DNA from: Anaerotignum sp.
GTDB taxonomy: Bacteria > Bacillota > Clostridia > Lachnospirales > Anaerotignaceae
Assembly: GCA_028710085.1 (NCBI GenBank)
Contig: JAQUSU010000002.1
Coordinates: 26,580-90,579, forward strand
Length of the DNA: 64,000 nucleotides
Direction: 5' to 3'
In this document: positions 39,927 to 49,945 of the stretch, piece by piece
Numbering within the stretch: position 1 is the first letter of the stretch
Layout: each line of letters opens with the position of its first letter
Notes under the pieces: model-generated
The model's input: the letters and a program-made list of their open reading frames with translations, nothing else
The model's database searches: none
What the model was told of the DNA's origin: nothing
Program-made: the position numbers and the translations under genes

Positions 39927-40925
39927 TCAGCCTTCTTCTAACATTCTAGCCAACTCTAAATAGCCATATAGCCCAAAGCTTTCTCCTGCCTTGCTTGACA
40001 CAATTTCCACGTCAATTTGGGGAAGAATATGCTCTGTGAGAATTTTATATCCTTCTATATAATTATTGCCGCCAATAATGACCGCTTTTTTCACGCCACA
40101 CCATTCTCGATCAACCTTATATTTCAGCATATCAATGACACCGCCGGAAATAATGCCGTTTAGCAGGCAATTTCTGATTTCATTTTCACAAACGCCAAAA
40201 ACCTTTGTTGCATGAATGATATATAATGCTCTGGCCAAGCCGTAGGCCTTCACCATCTGGTAGCCTTGCAGTACATATTCCTCTGCCAAAGTAATATCCT
40301 CATTCGTTAGCTCTCCGCCAAGAATGGTATCCTTTTTTATGGCATAGTTCAGCTCCCCTGTAAAATTGGACACAATATCCGTAATTGTGCCGTTTTTTAC
40401 ATAAAGCAAATGGGTATGGGAACCGGGGGAAATCATCACGCAGTCCTCTCCCTCAGGAATGATACCACGGGCAACCATGCCCACAGCCTCAATCTCTTCC
40501 CCTCTGACGTTATTCATTTGACCGATATTTTCCATGGTTACTACCTGTCCCTGCTGGGCGGTTTTTACCCCTGGAATCAGGTTTAATTCCCGATGAAAAT
40601 ACTTTTCCTCAAAATGAACATATCTTTGCTCCAACAGTTTTTTTGCATTAACGGGTGTGCTGATATGCGCAACCTCAATAATCCCAAAGGGATTTGTCAC
40701 CATGCCTGAGAGCCAAATGCCTTCAATGTCCCTGTCCTGCAAACCGTTTTTCTCCAAAGTACGGTCATACATTTCCTTTAAACCATTTAAAAGCACGTCA
40801 TTGCTCCCCGAAATCGCCGAATCCTTTGTACCCACATTTGCTATCATGGTATCAATAGACCGTTTTCCCTTTACTAAGTAAAGCTTGGAGTTTGACGTGC
40901 CAGAGTCTATATAAATATGGTACAT
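39927..40925 (-). CDS. dgoK: 2-keto-3-deoxygalactonate kinase
   Basis: IDSGTSN, SGMVT...G..E..H, N.RGEE, PGSHT, TGEL. Confidence 0.8.
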   Translation of the reverse strand: MYHIYIDSGTSNSKLYLVKGKRSIDTMIANVGTKDSAISGSNDVLLNGLKEMYDRTLEKNGLQDRDIEGIWLSGMVTNPFGIIEVAHISTPVNAKKLLEQRYVHFEEKYFHRELNLIPGVKTAQQGQVVTMENIGQMNNVRGEEIEAVGMVARGIIPEGEDCVMISPGSHTHLLYVKNGTITDIVSNFTGELNYAIKKDTILGGELTNEDITLAEEYVLQGYQMVKAYGLARALYIIHATKVFGVCENEIRNCLLNGIISGGVIDMLKYKVDREWCGVKKAVIIGGNNYIEGYKILTEHILPQIDVEIVSSKAGESFGLYGYLELARMLEEG

Positions 40926-40990
40926 TTCTCACCCCCCTTTTTATTGTATTCCGCAGCCAAAACGACTACGGAATACGTCACACAAATTTA

Positions 40991-42271
40991 TTATGAAAAA
41001 AGATTGGGTAACAACATAGAAATCGGTGCGATATATGTAATCAAAAGGAGGCAAGCAATCATAACCAATATAAACGGTATGATGCCCTTCGTGACCGTTT
41101 CCAAAGGTGCAGCACCCACACGGGAAGCAACAAAGAGGTTGATGCCCAAGGGTGGTGTAATAAAGCCGATTGCCAGGTTCACAACCATAATAATACCGAA
41201 GTGAATCGGGTTGAGGCCAATGGAGGTTGCCACAGGAAGCAAAATGGGGGAAAGCACCATAATTGCCGGCGTGGTATCCATAAAGCAACCAACAATGAGC
41301 AACAAAATATTAATTAACATCAAAATTAAGAAGGTATTATCTGTTGCATTGATGATTGCATTGGTAATCATGTTTGGAATTTGCTGAATCGTAAGAATTT
41401 TTGTAAAAGCGGTGGCACAGCCCAAAATAACCATGGTGGTTGCCGTTGTAGAGCAAGCATTACCCACTGTTTTAAACAGATTTTTAAAATCCAGCTCCTT
41501 ATGAATGAAAACACCGCAAACGAAAGCATAGACCGCAGCCACTGCCGCTGCTTCCGTAGGTGTAAATACGCCTGCGTAAATACCACCGAGGATGATAATC
41601 GGGTTAATTAACGCCCATTTTGCATCCCATACGGCTGCCAGCTTTTCCTTTGTTGTATAAACCTTTTCGTCGCCCTTCCAGCCCTGTTTCTTTGCATAAA
41701 AATAGCAATAGAAAATCAGTGCAAAGCCGATTAAGAAGCCGGGTAGGAACCCTGCCAAAAACAGGTTTGATATAGAGGTGCTAGTGGAAACACCGTAAAT
41801 AACCATGGGAATACTGGGAGGGATGATTACACCGATAGATCCGGCGCAGGCAACCAATGCCAAGGTAAAGCTTTTGCTATACCCCTTTTCCAGCATGGTG
41901 GGAACAACCATAGAGCCTACCGCAGCTACCGTTGCAGGGCCAGAACCTGAAACCGCCGCAAAAAACATACATACCACTACGGTTACAATGGCAAGACCCC
42001 CTGTGATTTTTCCAAAGAACACGTTGCATACGCTTAAAATTCTTTTGGAAACACCGCCGGCACCCATTAATTCCCCCGCCAAAATAAACAAAGGGATTGC
42101 CATAATGGGGAAGGAGTCACAGCCTGTAAACAATGCTTGGGGCACATACCCAAGAGATAGACCTTTTGTAAAGGAAATTGCCAAAAGGGAGGCTAAACCG
42201 ATGGCGATACCTACGGGCACGTTCAAAATAAGGAATACTGCAAGTCCGCCAAATAATGCTGCCATTACCAT
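40991..42271 (-). CDS. TRAP transporter large permease (DctM)
   Basis: AIPLFILAGELM, SGS..A...A.G, IIPPSIP, FTPTEAA, PIHFG, G..TPP.G. Confidence 0.93.
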   Translation of the reverse strand: MVMAALFGGLAVFLILNVPVGIAIGLASLLAISFTKGLSLGYVPQALFTGCDSFPIMAIPLFILAGELMGAGGVSKRILSVCNVFFGKITGGLAIVTVVVCMFFAAVSGSGPATVAAVGSMVVPTMLEKGYSKSFTLALVACAGSIGVIIPPSIPMVIYGVSTSTSISNLFLAGFLPGFLIGFALIFYCYFYAKKQGWKGDEKVYTTKEKLAAVWDAKWALINPIIILGGIYAGVFTPTEAAAVAAVYAFVCGVFIHKELDFKNLFKTVGNACSTTATTMVILGCATAFTKILTIQQIPNMITNAIINATDNTFLILMLINILLLIVGCFMDTTPAIMVLSPILLPVATSIGLNPIHFGIIMVVNLAIGFITPPLGINLFVASRVGAAPLETVTKGIIPFILVMIACLLLITYIAPISMLLPNLFS

Positions 42272-42759
42272 GATCGAGCCCCTCCTTTCTTAAGATCTTT
42301 TATCTTCATAAAAATTACTTGTAGCTGGCGGATTGCCGTGAAAGCAAAGCCTACCATTGGCGCAGAATACATAAACCACATGGGAATTTGCATCGCGGGA
42401 GATTTCTGATTTAATTTCACCTGCTGCATTACAATGCCATATGCTAAATACACAATAACCGCAGAGAATACCAAAAATAATATATCACCTAAAATAATGA
42501 CAAAGGGTCGAAGCTTCTTGGGAAACAGACCCAAGGCCGCCTCAATTTTAATGTGCTTCATGACACGAGCACCGTAGCTAATCCCCAAATAAATCAGCCA
42601 AATAAAGACATATCTGGCCATCTCCTCGGACCAAACCAAAGAGCTGCCAAAAACATATCTCATAATTACCTGAACAAAGATCAGCACAGTCATTACAACC
42701 ATCAAAATTGAGCAGATTGCCAACTCAAACTCCTCATCCAGCCACTTTAAAAAGTTCAT
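42265..42759 (-). CDS. TRAP transporter small permease (DctQ)
   Basis: 4 TM helices; QV..RY, WSEE.ARY..IW, HI, SPA. Confidence 0.9.
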   Translation of the reverse strand: MNFLKWLDEEFELAICSILMVVMTVLIFVQVIMRYVFGSSLVWSEEMARYVFIWLIYLGISYGARVMKHIKIEAALGLFPKKLRPFVIILGDILFLVFSAVIVYLAYGIVMQQVKLNQKSPAMQIPMWFMYSAPMVGFAFTAIRQLQVIFMKIKDLKKGGARSW

Positions 42760-42914
42760 TGTTCCACCTACTTTTTCTCATAAATTTGTGTGTGTTCCTT
42801 CTTGTAACGCATTTGTAAATCAGGGCTTTGATAAGAACGTATTGTTTTACCAAAGCCCTTTCTTTTGTGTGCTATCTCTCTAAAAGCCCAATCAATGAGT
42901 TGTTTTCGTTTCTA

Positions 42915-43970
42915 TTATTCACTAAGCATATTATCCAAATATTCGGGATGCTCCATTTTCCCCTTAACCAAATCGAAAATATTATTATCTGTTACAACCT
43001 TCTGCCATTCAGCCTTTTCGTCATCTGTCAGTTCTACAACTGTTGTGCCGCCTGCTGCGAATTTTTCAAGAATTTCTTTCTCCAATTCCTGAGAACGTTC
43101 TCTCTGATAAGAGGTGGATTCTGCCGCTGCCTTCAAGATTGCATTTTGCTGGTTTTCGGAAAGAGAATTGAATTTGTCCAGATTCATGCAAACGATATAA
43201 GGTGTATAAACATGCTGTGTTAAGGATACATAATCTTGAACCTCTACGAATTTGTTGGCATCAATGATACCCAAAGGATTTTCCTGTGCATCTACAGTCC
43301 CCTGCTGTAAAGCGGTGAACAGTTCTGTAAATGCCATAGGTGTAGGGTTTGCGCCGAAAGCTGTCCAAGCAGCAATATGTACTTCGTTTTCCATGGTTCT
43401 TACTTTAAAGCCTTTTACATCCGCAGGTGTCTTTACTGCAGTTTTATTATTGGTAAAGTTACGGAAGCCGTTTTCCCAGAAAGCCAAGCCCTTCAAGCCA
43501 ATGCTTTCCATGCCGTCAAGAATTTCCTGACCTACTTCGCCGTCCAATTTTGCATATGCATCCTCGGAGTTTAAGAACAGGTAAGGTGAATCGAACAGAT
43601 AGAAATCGGGGTACATGGTAGCCAAGGGGCTTGTTGAGGAAACACCGATGTCAATGTTCCCCATTGCTGTTGTTTCGATAACAACACGGTCATCGCCCAG
43701 CATATTATCTGGGAACAGATTTACAACAACAGCGCCGCCGGATTCTTCTTCTGCAACTCTTTTGAAAACCTCGCCTGCATCCTTGCCGGAAACAGAAGTA
43801 ACGTTTGAGAATACCAATTCTACGGGTTCTTCGGTTCCTTTTGCGCTTTCTTCTGTCGCTTCAGCATTGCTGCTTTCTGCTGGTGTATCGCTACCGCCAC
43901 AACCTGTTACCATTGCAACCATAAGTACGGATGCCAGAGCCATTGCCAAACCTTTTTTAAACTTAAACAT
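42915..43970 (-). CDS. TRAP transporter substrate-binding lipoprotein (DctP)
   Basis: VTGC lipobox; ENGFR, D.KG.K.RT (carboxylate-binding Arg), GANPTPM.F.E.FTALQQG..DAQENP. Confidence 0.92.
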   Translation of the reverse strand: MFKFKKGLAMALASVLMVAMVTGCGGSDTPAESSNAEATEESAKGTEEPVELVFSNVTSVSGKDAGEVFKRVAEEESGGAVVVNLFPDNMLGDDRVVIETTAMGNIDIGVSSTSPLATMYPDFYLFDSPYLFLNSEDAYAKLDGEVGQEILDGMESIGLKGLAFWENGFRNFTNNKTAVKTPADVKGFKVRTMENEVHIAAWTAFGANPTPMAFTELFTALQQGTVDAQENPLGIIDANKFVEVQDYVSLTQHVYTPYIVCMNLDKFNSLSENQQNAILKAAAESTSYQRERSQELEKEILEKFAAGGTTVVELTDDEKAEWQKVVTDNNIFDLVKGKMEHPEYLDNMLSE

Positions 43971-44024
43971 AGATTTTCCCTCCTTGGAATAGATCGCCTT
44001 TGTTTTATTGGAATTGAATTTTTC

Positions 44025-45452
44025 CTAATTACCTTGCTCTTTTGTTACTTCATACCAATATAAGTATTTCTGGTACTTTTTTTGGTAAAAATCTTTTCTT
44101 TCCGGATTGGGTGTAATCACCTGAGAATAATTGCTTTTGAAATCCTTCGCATCGTGAAGAATCCCCAAAAGCTCCATCCCCAGCGCCACCGAACCGATTA
44201 AGGAGCTATGCTCCACCTCGTCAATGGTCATCTCAATCTGGAATATATCTGCACACATTTGTGTCCAAACTTTAGACCTGATAATGCCGCCGGAAAGCAT
44301 TACTTTTTTTGGCTTTCCGTTTAATGCAATCAATTCCTCGTAGCACTGATAGAGGTTAAATAAAATCCCCTCCTGAATTGCCCGATAGGAATCATATACC
44401 GTATGGCTTGGCTTTAAGCCATAGAATCCGCCATCCCTTTCGTCGTTCCAACCGGGACATCGCTCACCGAAAAGAAACGGTAAAAATACAGGTACATCCT
44501 CAATATTTTTACACCCCCCCTCCATTTGGCTATAAGAAATGTCCTCCTGAAAATACTTCCCCTTAAACCAGTCGATACAGTTGCAGCAGCCGCTGGTTGC
44601 CGCCCCACTCAGCCAGGATTTTGGCGATAAATAGCACCAAGTACTGGGTTTATGGGGCAAAATAGGTGCAGAGGTGCTAAATCTCAATGCACCACTGGTT
44701 CCTACGGAAAAGCTCATAATGCCTTCCTCCACGGCTCCTGCCCCAACTTGATTCAACCCGCCGTCAGGGTTAGTGGCAATGACGGGCGTTCCTTGTGGAA
44801 GCCCTAAAAGCTCTGCTCCCTCCTCATTCAGCTTTAATGTATCTTGATATGTAATAATTTGGGGAAGCTGATCCAACCGAATTTCATTTTCCTTTAATAT
44901 ATCCTCATCAAAGGCTTTGGTATGGATATTTAATAACCCCGTGCCCGAGGCAACGCTGTCTGTCACAGCCCATTGCCCCGTCAAACGATAGGTATTATAC
45001 GTTCCTTGCCCTACAAAGCGATAATTTTCCAGCTTATAACCCAACTGTCGTAAAAGCTTGATTTTAAACACAGGATATATGGCATTTACCATACAACCGG
45101 TTTTTTGATAAAAACGATTTACATAAGCCTCGTCTTTTCTTAATTCCTTGCAAATATCAGCAGCACCTGTATAAGACCACAAATAAATCGGCGTCTGTGG
45201 CTCCATCTCTTGATTGCAAAGCATCAAGCTATGCCAAGTACCACTGAGAGAAACCATATCAATTTTTTGACCTTCACACATTTTTTTGCCCAAATACACC
45301 GTTTGTTCAAACACTTCCTTTGCGTCATGCATTGTCACGTCGGTATATTTTAAAATGTATGGTACCGATTCCACATGGAATTTACCGGTATCTGTATCAA
45401 ATACCATAGCTTTTGCAGAGGTAGTGCTGGATTCTAATGCTAAAATCTTCAT
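44025..45452 (-). CDS. gntK: Gluconokinase (FGGY family)
   Basis: TTSAKA, HSL, DS.ASGTGL, DG.L...G.GA, GTSGA.R, FLPFL.GER.P.W, EG..FNL. Confidence 0.75.
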   Translation of the reverse strand: MKILALESSTTSAKAMVFDTDTGKFHVESVPYILKYTDVTMHDAKEVFEQTVYLGKKMCEGQKIDMVSLSGTWHSLMLCNQEMEPQTPIYLWSYTGAADICKELRKDEAYVNRFYQKTGCMVNAIYPVFKIKLLRQLGYKLENYRFVGQGTYNTYRLTGQWAVTDSVASGTGLLNIHTKAFDEDILKENEIRLDQLPQIITYQDTLKLNEEGAELLGLPQGTPVIATNPDGGLNQVGAGAVEEGIMSFSVGTSGALRFSTSAPILPHKPSTWCYLSPKSWLSGAATSGCCNCIDWFKGKYFQEDISYSQMEGGCKNIEDVPVFLPFLFGERCPGWNDERDGGFYGLKPSHTVYDSYRAIQEGILFNLYQCYEELIALNGKPKKVMLSGGIIRSKVWTQMCADIFQIEMTIDEVEHSSLIGSVALGMELLGILHDAKDFKSNYSQVITPNPERKDFYQKKYQKYLYWYEVTKEQGN

Positions 45453-45476
45453 TTATCCTTACCCCCAACATTTTCC

Positions 45477-46625
45477 TTACCATTCAGCAACCGTTCCGTC
45501 ACTGTTTCTCCAAACAGGATTTTTCCAATTGTGACCAATTTTCGCCTGTTTTTTTACAAATTCTTCGTCAATTTCAATACCCAAGCCTGCTCCTTTTGGA
45601 ATTTTTACAACACCATTGCCATAATCAAAAACACTGGAATCCTTCAAGTAATCCAAAAGATCACTGCCTTGATTATAATGAATTCCCAAGCTTTGCTCCT
45701 GAATGATGGCATTGGGCGTGCAAGCATCCATCTGCAAGCAAGCCGCCAAGGCAATCGGCCCCAAAGGACAATGGGGTGCAACCGCCATGTCGTAAGCCTC
45801 TGCCATTGCGGAAATCTTTCTGCATTCCAAAATGCCGCCGGCATGAGAAAGGTCAGGCTGAATAATATCCACAATCCCTTGCTCAAAAATCTTTTTGTAA
45901 TCCCAACGGGTAAACAGCCTTTCTCCCGTTGCAATGGGTGTTGAAGTATATTTTGCAATTTCCTTGAGCGCCTCATAATTTTCACTCAGCACAGGCTCCT
46001 CGATGAACATTAAATGATAAGGCTCCAATTCCTTTGCCAATACCTTCGCCATGCTTTTATGTACTCTGCCGTGGAAATCCGCAGCAATCCCAAAATCCTT
46101 GCCACAGGTCTCTCTGATGGCAGCCACCCGTTCAATGACACCTTCTACTTTGGAAAAACGATCAATATAATGCATTTCTTCTGTTGCATTCATTTTGATT
46201 GCCTTGAAGCCCAAGTTCTTTTGCTGTAATGCGGCTGCACCAACGTCGGCAGGTCTGTCGCCGCCAATCCAGCAATAAACGTCAATATTATTTCGGCAAG
46301 CACCACCCAATAATTCGTAGATTGGTGCGTTATAATATTTCCCTTTGATATCCCACAAGGCTTGCTCAATGCCGGAAATGGCACTGGTAATGATGGGGCC
46401 GCCGCGGTAAAATGCACCACGATACAGGGTTTGCCAAATATCCTCGATTTCCATTGGGTTTCGCCCAATGAGATATTCGGACATTTCCTTTACACACGCC
46501 GCCACCGTAGAAGCTTTTCCTTCCACAACAGGCTCACCCCAGCCAAAAATACCTTCATCCGTTTCTATTTTCAAAAACAGCCATCTGGGCGGAACTTGGT
46601 AGAGCTTTAGGTCTTGAATTTTCAT
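45477..46625 (-). CDS. dgoD: Galactonate dehydratase (mandelate racemase family)
   Basis: VPPRWLFLKIETDEG..GWGEP..EG, YRGGPI..SA..G..QALWDIKGK, DFHGR, EEP, GER, QPD..H.GGI.E, APHCPLGP, W.NP.WR..DG..AEW. Confidence 0.9.
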   Translation of the reverse strand: MKIQDLKLYQVPPRWLFLKIETDEGIFGWGEPVVEGKASTVAACVKEMSEYLIGRNPMEIEDIWQTLYRGAFYRGGPIITSAISGIEQALWDIKGKYYNAPIYELLGGACRNNIDVYCWIGGDRPADVGAAALQQKNLGFKAIKMNATEEMHYIDRFSKVEGVIERVAAIRETCGKDFGIAADFHGRVHKSMAKVLAKELEPYHLMFIEEPVLSENYEALKEIAKYTSTPIATGERLFTRWDYKKIFEQGIVDIIQPDLSHAGGILECRKISAMAEAYDMAVAPHCPLGPIALAACLQMDACTPNAIIQEQSLGIHYNQGSDLLDYLKDSSVFDYGNGVVKIPKGAGLGIEIDEEFVKKQAKIGHNWKNPVWRNSDGTVAEW

Positions 46626-46637
46626 GCGTTCAACCCC

Positions 46638-47654
46638 TTAGAAGTCCTGACAATCAATCAAAACCTTGCAGGTACCTGCCGAAGGATCTGCAATCATATC
46701 AAAAACCTTTGGACTGTCCTTTAAAGAAACCACATGGGAAACGATGTTTTCCAAATCCCTATTAATGGCTTCGGAATAGGCAACCGCCTGACCGAATTCT
46801 TCCTTGGTATAAACACGGGTACCGATTAAAATTTGTTCCTTGAAGTTTAAATCCCTCAGGTTTACCATATGAGGATGCTTATGCACCGCCGTCATGCAAA
46901 TGGTACCGCTTACACGGGTAATATCCGTCATCTGCATTGCAGCAACCTCAGAGCCGGAACATTCAAACAATACATCTGCGCCTTCTCCGTTAGTTGCAGC
47001 CTTTACAGCCTGCTCCAAGCTTTCATTCTTTACATTAACGGGAATCATGCCAAAGGCTTTTGCTTTTTCCAACTTCTTATCATCCACATCTGAAATGAAA
47101 ACCTTGCTGGCGCCCATATGTACCAGCATCATGCCTGTAATCATTCCAATGGGGCCGGCACCGATGACCGCACAAGTGTCTAAAGCCTTCACCTTTGCCT
47201 GATGGATGCTTCTTACAATGACTGCGAATGGTTCAATCACTGCCGCCGCCTTGTCGGAAACACCGTCGGGCACTTTGAACATAACGTCCTCCTCCACATA
47301 TGCGTATTCGCAAATGCCGCCGTCCACGTCAATGCCGATTAAGCCCAAGGTATTGCAAACGTGCTCGTTGCCGGTTCTGCAAGGAAGGCAGTGTCCGCAG
47401 GTTAATAAAGGATACGCTACGACACGGTCGCCTTTTTTGAATTTTTTGCCGTCCTCTTCCACTGTCCCCAAAAACTCATGCCCAAAAATCAAGGGGGCTT
47501 TTGCTCTGGGATGTGTTCCTAAATAAATTCCCATGTCGGAACCGCAAATGCCACAATACTTCATTCTTACCTTTACTGCACCTTCCTTTTGCAAAGGCTC
47601 CGGAACGTCTAACACCTCTGCGCTTTTCGGCCCCGTATAAACCAAAGCTTTCAT
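46638..47654 (-). CDS. Zinc-dependent MDR dehydrogenase (L-idonate/L-gulonate/sorbitol dehydrogenase-like)
   Basis: CGICGSD, GHE, CGHC..C..G..HVC, EP, GAGPIG, acidic D after the second beta strand (NAD-type). Confidence 0.85.
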   Translation of the reverse strand: MKALVYTGPKSAEVLDVPEPLQKEGAVKVRMKYCGICGSDMGIYLGTHPRAKAPLIFGHEFLGTVEEDGKKFKKGDRVVAYPLLTCGHCLPCRTGNEHVCNTLGLIGIDVDGGICEYAYVEEDVMFKVPDGVSDKAAAVIEPFAVIVRSIHQAKVKALDTCAVIGAGPIGMITGMMLVHMGASKVFISDVDDKKLEKAKAFGMIPVNVKNESLEQAVKAATNGEGADVLFECSGSEVAAMQMTDITRVSGTICMTAVHKHPHMVNLRDLNFKEQILIGTRVYTKEEFGQAVAYSEAINRDLENIVSHVVSLKDSPKVFDMIADPSAGTCKVLIDCQDF

Positions 47655-47775
47655 TTGTTTTCAACTCCTTCATTTGGTTCTGATTAAGATTTTGAACTTT
47701 CTGCAATAAACAAACTAAAATATTTTTATTTGCATAAAAAATTTTTTTAAGCTTTTTTAATATTTTATTAACACA

Positions 47776-47804
47776 AGTATATATTTTAATTTTCATTTCG
47801 TCAA
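47776..47804 (-). promoter_or_regulatory. SigA-type promoter of the sugar-acid operon
   Basis: Minus strand TTGACG-N17-TATACT. Confidence 0.65.
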
Positions 47805-47937
47805 TATTATTAATATACCAATAAATTTAATTTGTTTTTGTGCAAATCTTATAAATCAAAATAAAAATTCCTGTTTTATCCATAAAACCTCAAATAATTT
47901 GCTAAAAAGGTGTCAAAATTATTATGATAAAATGACA

Positions 47938-47966
47938 TTGACAGAATCCTGTTAAAAACTTAAATT
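47938..47966 (+). promoter_or_regulatory. Candidate gntR promoter with palindrome over the -35
   Basis: TTGACA-N17-TAAATT; imperfect palindrome TTGACAG-AATC-CTGTTAA. Confidence 0.45.
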
Positions 47967-48124
47967 AAATATATAAATCTCATTAAAAAATTTTTTATCT
48001 TTCAAACAAAATTTATATTTCTCCGTTTTTGTTATTCCAAAATACATTTAAAATTGCTATAATGATAAATAATACAGTTATTACGCAGTTTCTAATGTCA
48101 AATAAAATTTTACGGAGGATTGTC

Positions 48125-48817
48125 ATGGAAAAACAAACAACAAAACTCACATTAGCAGATACCATATATACAAATATTCGTGAAGACATCACCCAGCATG
48201 TGATTAAGCCGGGCGAAAAGATTAACGTGAAGGAACTGGCAAAGCGATACGGCGTTAGCGAAACCCCCGTAAAATTTGCATTAAACCGCTTAATTTCAGA
48301 AAAAATTATTGAAAACTTCCCCCGTCAGGGCATGAAGGTGCATAGTGTCACCTCCGAAGAAGTGGACGAAATTTTTGATACTCGTTTAATGTTGGATTTG
48401 TACTATATGAAGCAAATTATTTTGACCGTTAGCTTTAACGACGGGCTAAAAAAAGAATTCCAAAAAAACATAGATGAGCATTTACAGCTTGTAACTGATT
48501 TAACGCCTGATTCTCCCATTGAGGATTATCTTCGCAATTATGAATTGGATTATAAATTCCACGAGTTGTATTTGAAGTGTAGCGGGAATCAAAAGCTTGT
48601 TGAGATTTTTCATTATATCAATCCATTTTTATACTCCAACTTTATTTTTCGCAGACAATCTAAAGTAAAAGATATTAGCGGTGTGAAAGAGCATTTGGTC
48701 ATTCTTGATGCAATTCTTGCCGGAGACGAGGTTGCCTTAAAGGATGCCTTAACCGTTCATATTATGAATGCAAAAACTGCCATTGGGCTGATTTTAAAGG
48801 TAGATAAAATCATTTAA
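48125..48817 (+). CDS. GntR/FadR-family (FCD) transcriptional regulator
   Basis: I...IR..I....KPGEK....ELA..YGVS.TPV..AL..L HTH; D..FH, GN..L, EH..I..AI; GGAGG RBS. Confidence 0.9.
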   Translation: MEKQTTKLTLADTIYTNIREDITQHVIKPGEKINVKELAKRYGVSETPVKFALNRLISEKIIENFPRQGMKVHSVTSEEVDEIFDTRLMLDLYYMKQIILTVSFNDGLKKEFQKNIDEHLQLVTDLTPDSPIEDYLRNYELDYKFHELYLKCSGNQKLVEIFHYINPFLYSNFIFRRQSKVKDISGVKEHLVILDAILAGDEVALKDALTVHIMNAKTAIGLILKVDKII

Positions 48818-48977
48818 TATTCTTTTGTAAGTCCCTCTTTAGGTGTCTTGCAAACGAAGCCTTTGGCAAGGAAAAACGCATTACACCAATGTTAGTTCAT
48901 GCAAATACTGCAATAGATGTTTGTATGGATATTGAAATTTAAATTTATAGTTTTCACCTAGAGAGGAGCTTTAAAGC

Positions 48978-49736
48978 ATGGTATCATTTGATTTAAAAGG
49001 GAAAAAAGCAATTGTAACAGGTTCCACCAGAGGACTTGGACGGGGTATGGCAGAAGGGCTTATGGAAGCAGGGGCAGAAGTAGTGATGATTGGCTCTACC
49101 CAAAAAGCATTGGAGGTTGCCGCAGAATATACAGAAAAAGGCTTCCTTTGCCACGGCGTTGCGGCTGATTTAAGCAACAGGGAAAGCCTTGCAAACGGGT
49201 TTCAAGAGGCTCTGGGAAAATTAGGGGGAACCCTTGATATTTTTGTGAATGCGGCAGGCATTCAAAAGCGTCATTTTTGCGAGGATTTTCCCATGGAGGA
49301 TTGGGATGCTGTGATTGATGTGAATTTAAACGCAGTATTCATGCTGTGTCAATTGGCGGGCAGAGAAATGATGAAACAAGGGCATGGAAAAATTATCAAT
49401 GTTGCTTCCATGCTCAGCTTTTTCGGCGGCTATACCGTGCCTGCTTATGCGGCTTCCAAGGGTGCTGTTGCCCAGCTTACGAAAGCACTTTCCAACGAAT
49501 GGGCTTCCAAAGGAATTTATGTGAACGCCATAGCGCCGGGCTATATGGCAACGGAAATGAACACTGCCTTAATGAACGATGAGGGCAGAAATAAAGAGAT
49601 TTTAGGACGTATTCCCGCAAAACGCTGGGGAAGTGCAGAGGATATGAAGGGCATTACTATTTTCTTGGCTTCCCAAGCATCCGATTATTTAAGCGGTGCG
49701 GTCATTCCCGTTGACGGTGGTTACTTAAGCAAATAA
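48978..49736 (+). CDS. SDR oxidoreductase, KduD/gluconate 5-dehydrogenase-like
   Basis: TGSTRGLG, NAAGI, ASMLSF.GG..VPAYAASK (YxxxK), NEWA..GI.VNAIAPGY, VDGG. Confidence 0.85.
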   Translation: MVSFDLKGKKAIVTGSTRGLGRGMAEGLMEAGAEVVMIGSTQKALEVAAEYTEKGFLCHGVAADLSNRESLANGFQEALGKLGGTLDIFVNAAGIQKRHFCEDFPMEDWDAVIDVNLNAVFMLCQLAGREMMKQGHGKIINVASMLSFFGGYTVPAYAASKGAVAQLTKALSNEWASKGIYVNAIAPGYMATEMNTALMNDEGRNKEILGRIPAKRWGSAEDMKGITIFLASQASDYLSGAVIPVDGGYLSK

Positions 49737-49942
49737 TCGACAAATATAAACCTTGGGCGTTGCCCAAACCTACTTGCTTTTTGAAAAAAGCAAGACCAAA
49801 AACTTTTATTAAAACCACATATCTATGTGGTTTCAGATGGGTCAAGGGCGAACCCCTTGTGGGTGTTTGAGGGCAAAGCCCTCAAGGTTTTGACTTTGTC
49901 TTCAGGCTAAGGAGGGTGCCGACTCTGTCGACACCCTCCTTA
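49737..49942. repeat. Multi-hairpin MITE/REP-like element, copy A
   Basis: Near-identical to 55029-55231 over ~190 bp; at least six hairpins; lies between convergent genes. Confidence 0.85.
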
Positions 49943-49945
49943 TTA

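Noticed and set aside
42822-42862. Hairpins after dctP, after dctM (40947-40977) and between lcdB and pct (16822-16843)
   Set aside because: Ordinary intra-operon stabiliser or partial terminator hairpins; the GAAC here has wrong spacing for a LexA box
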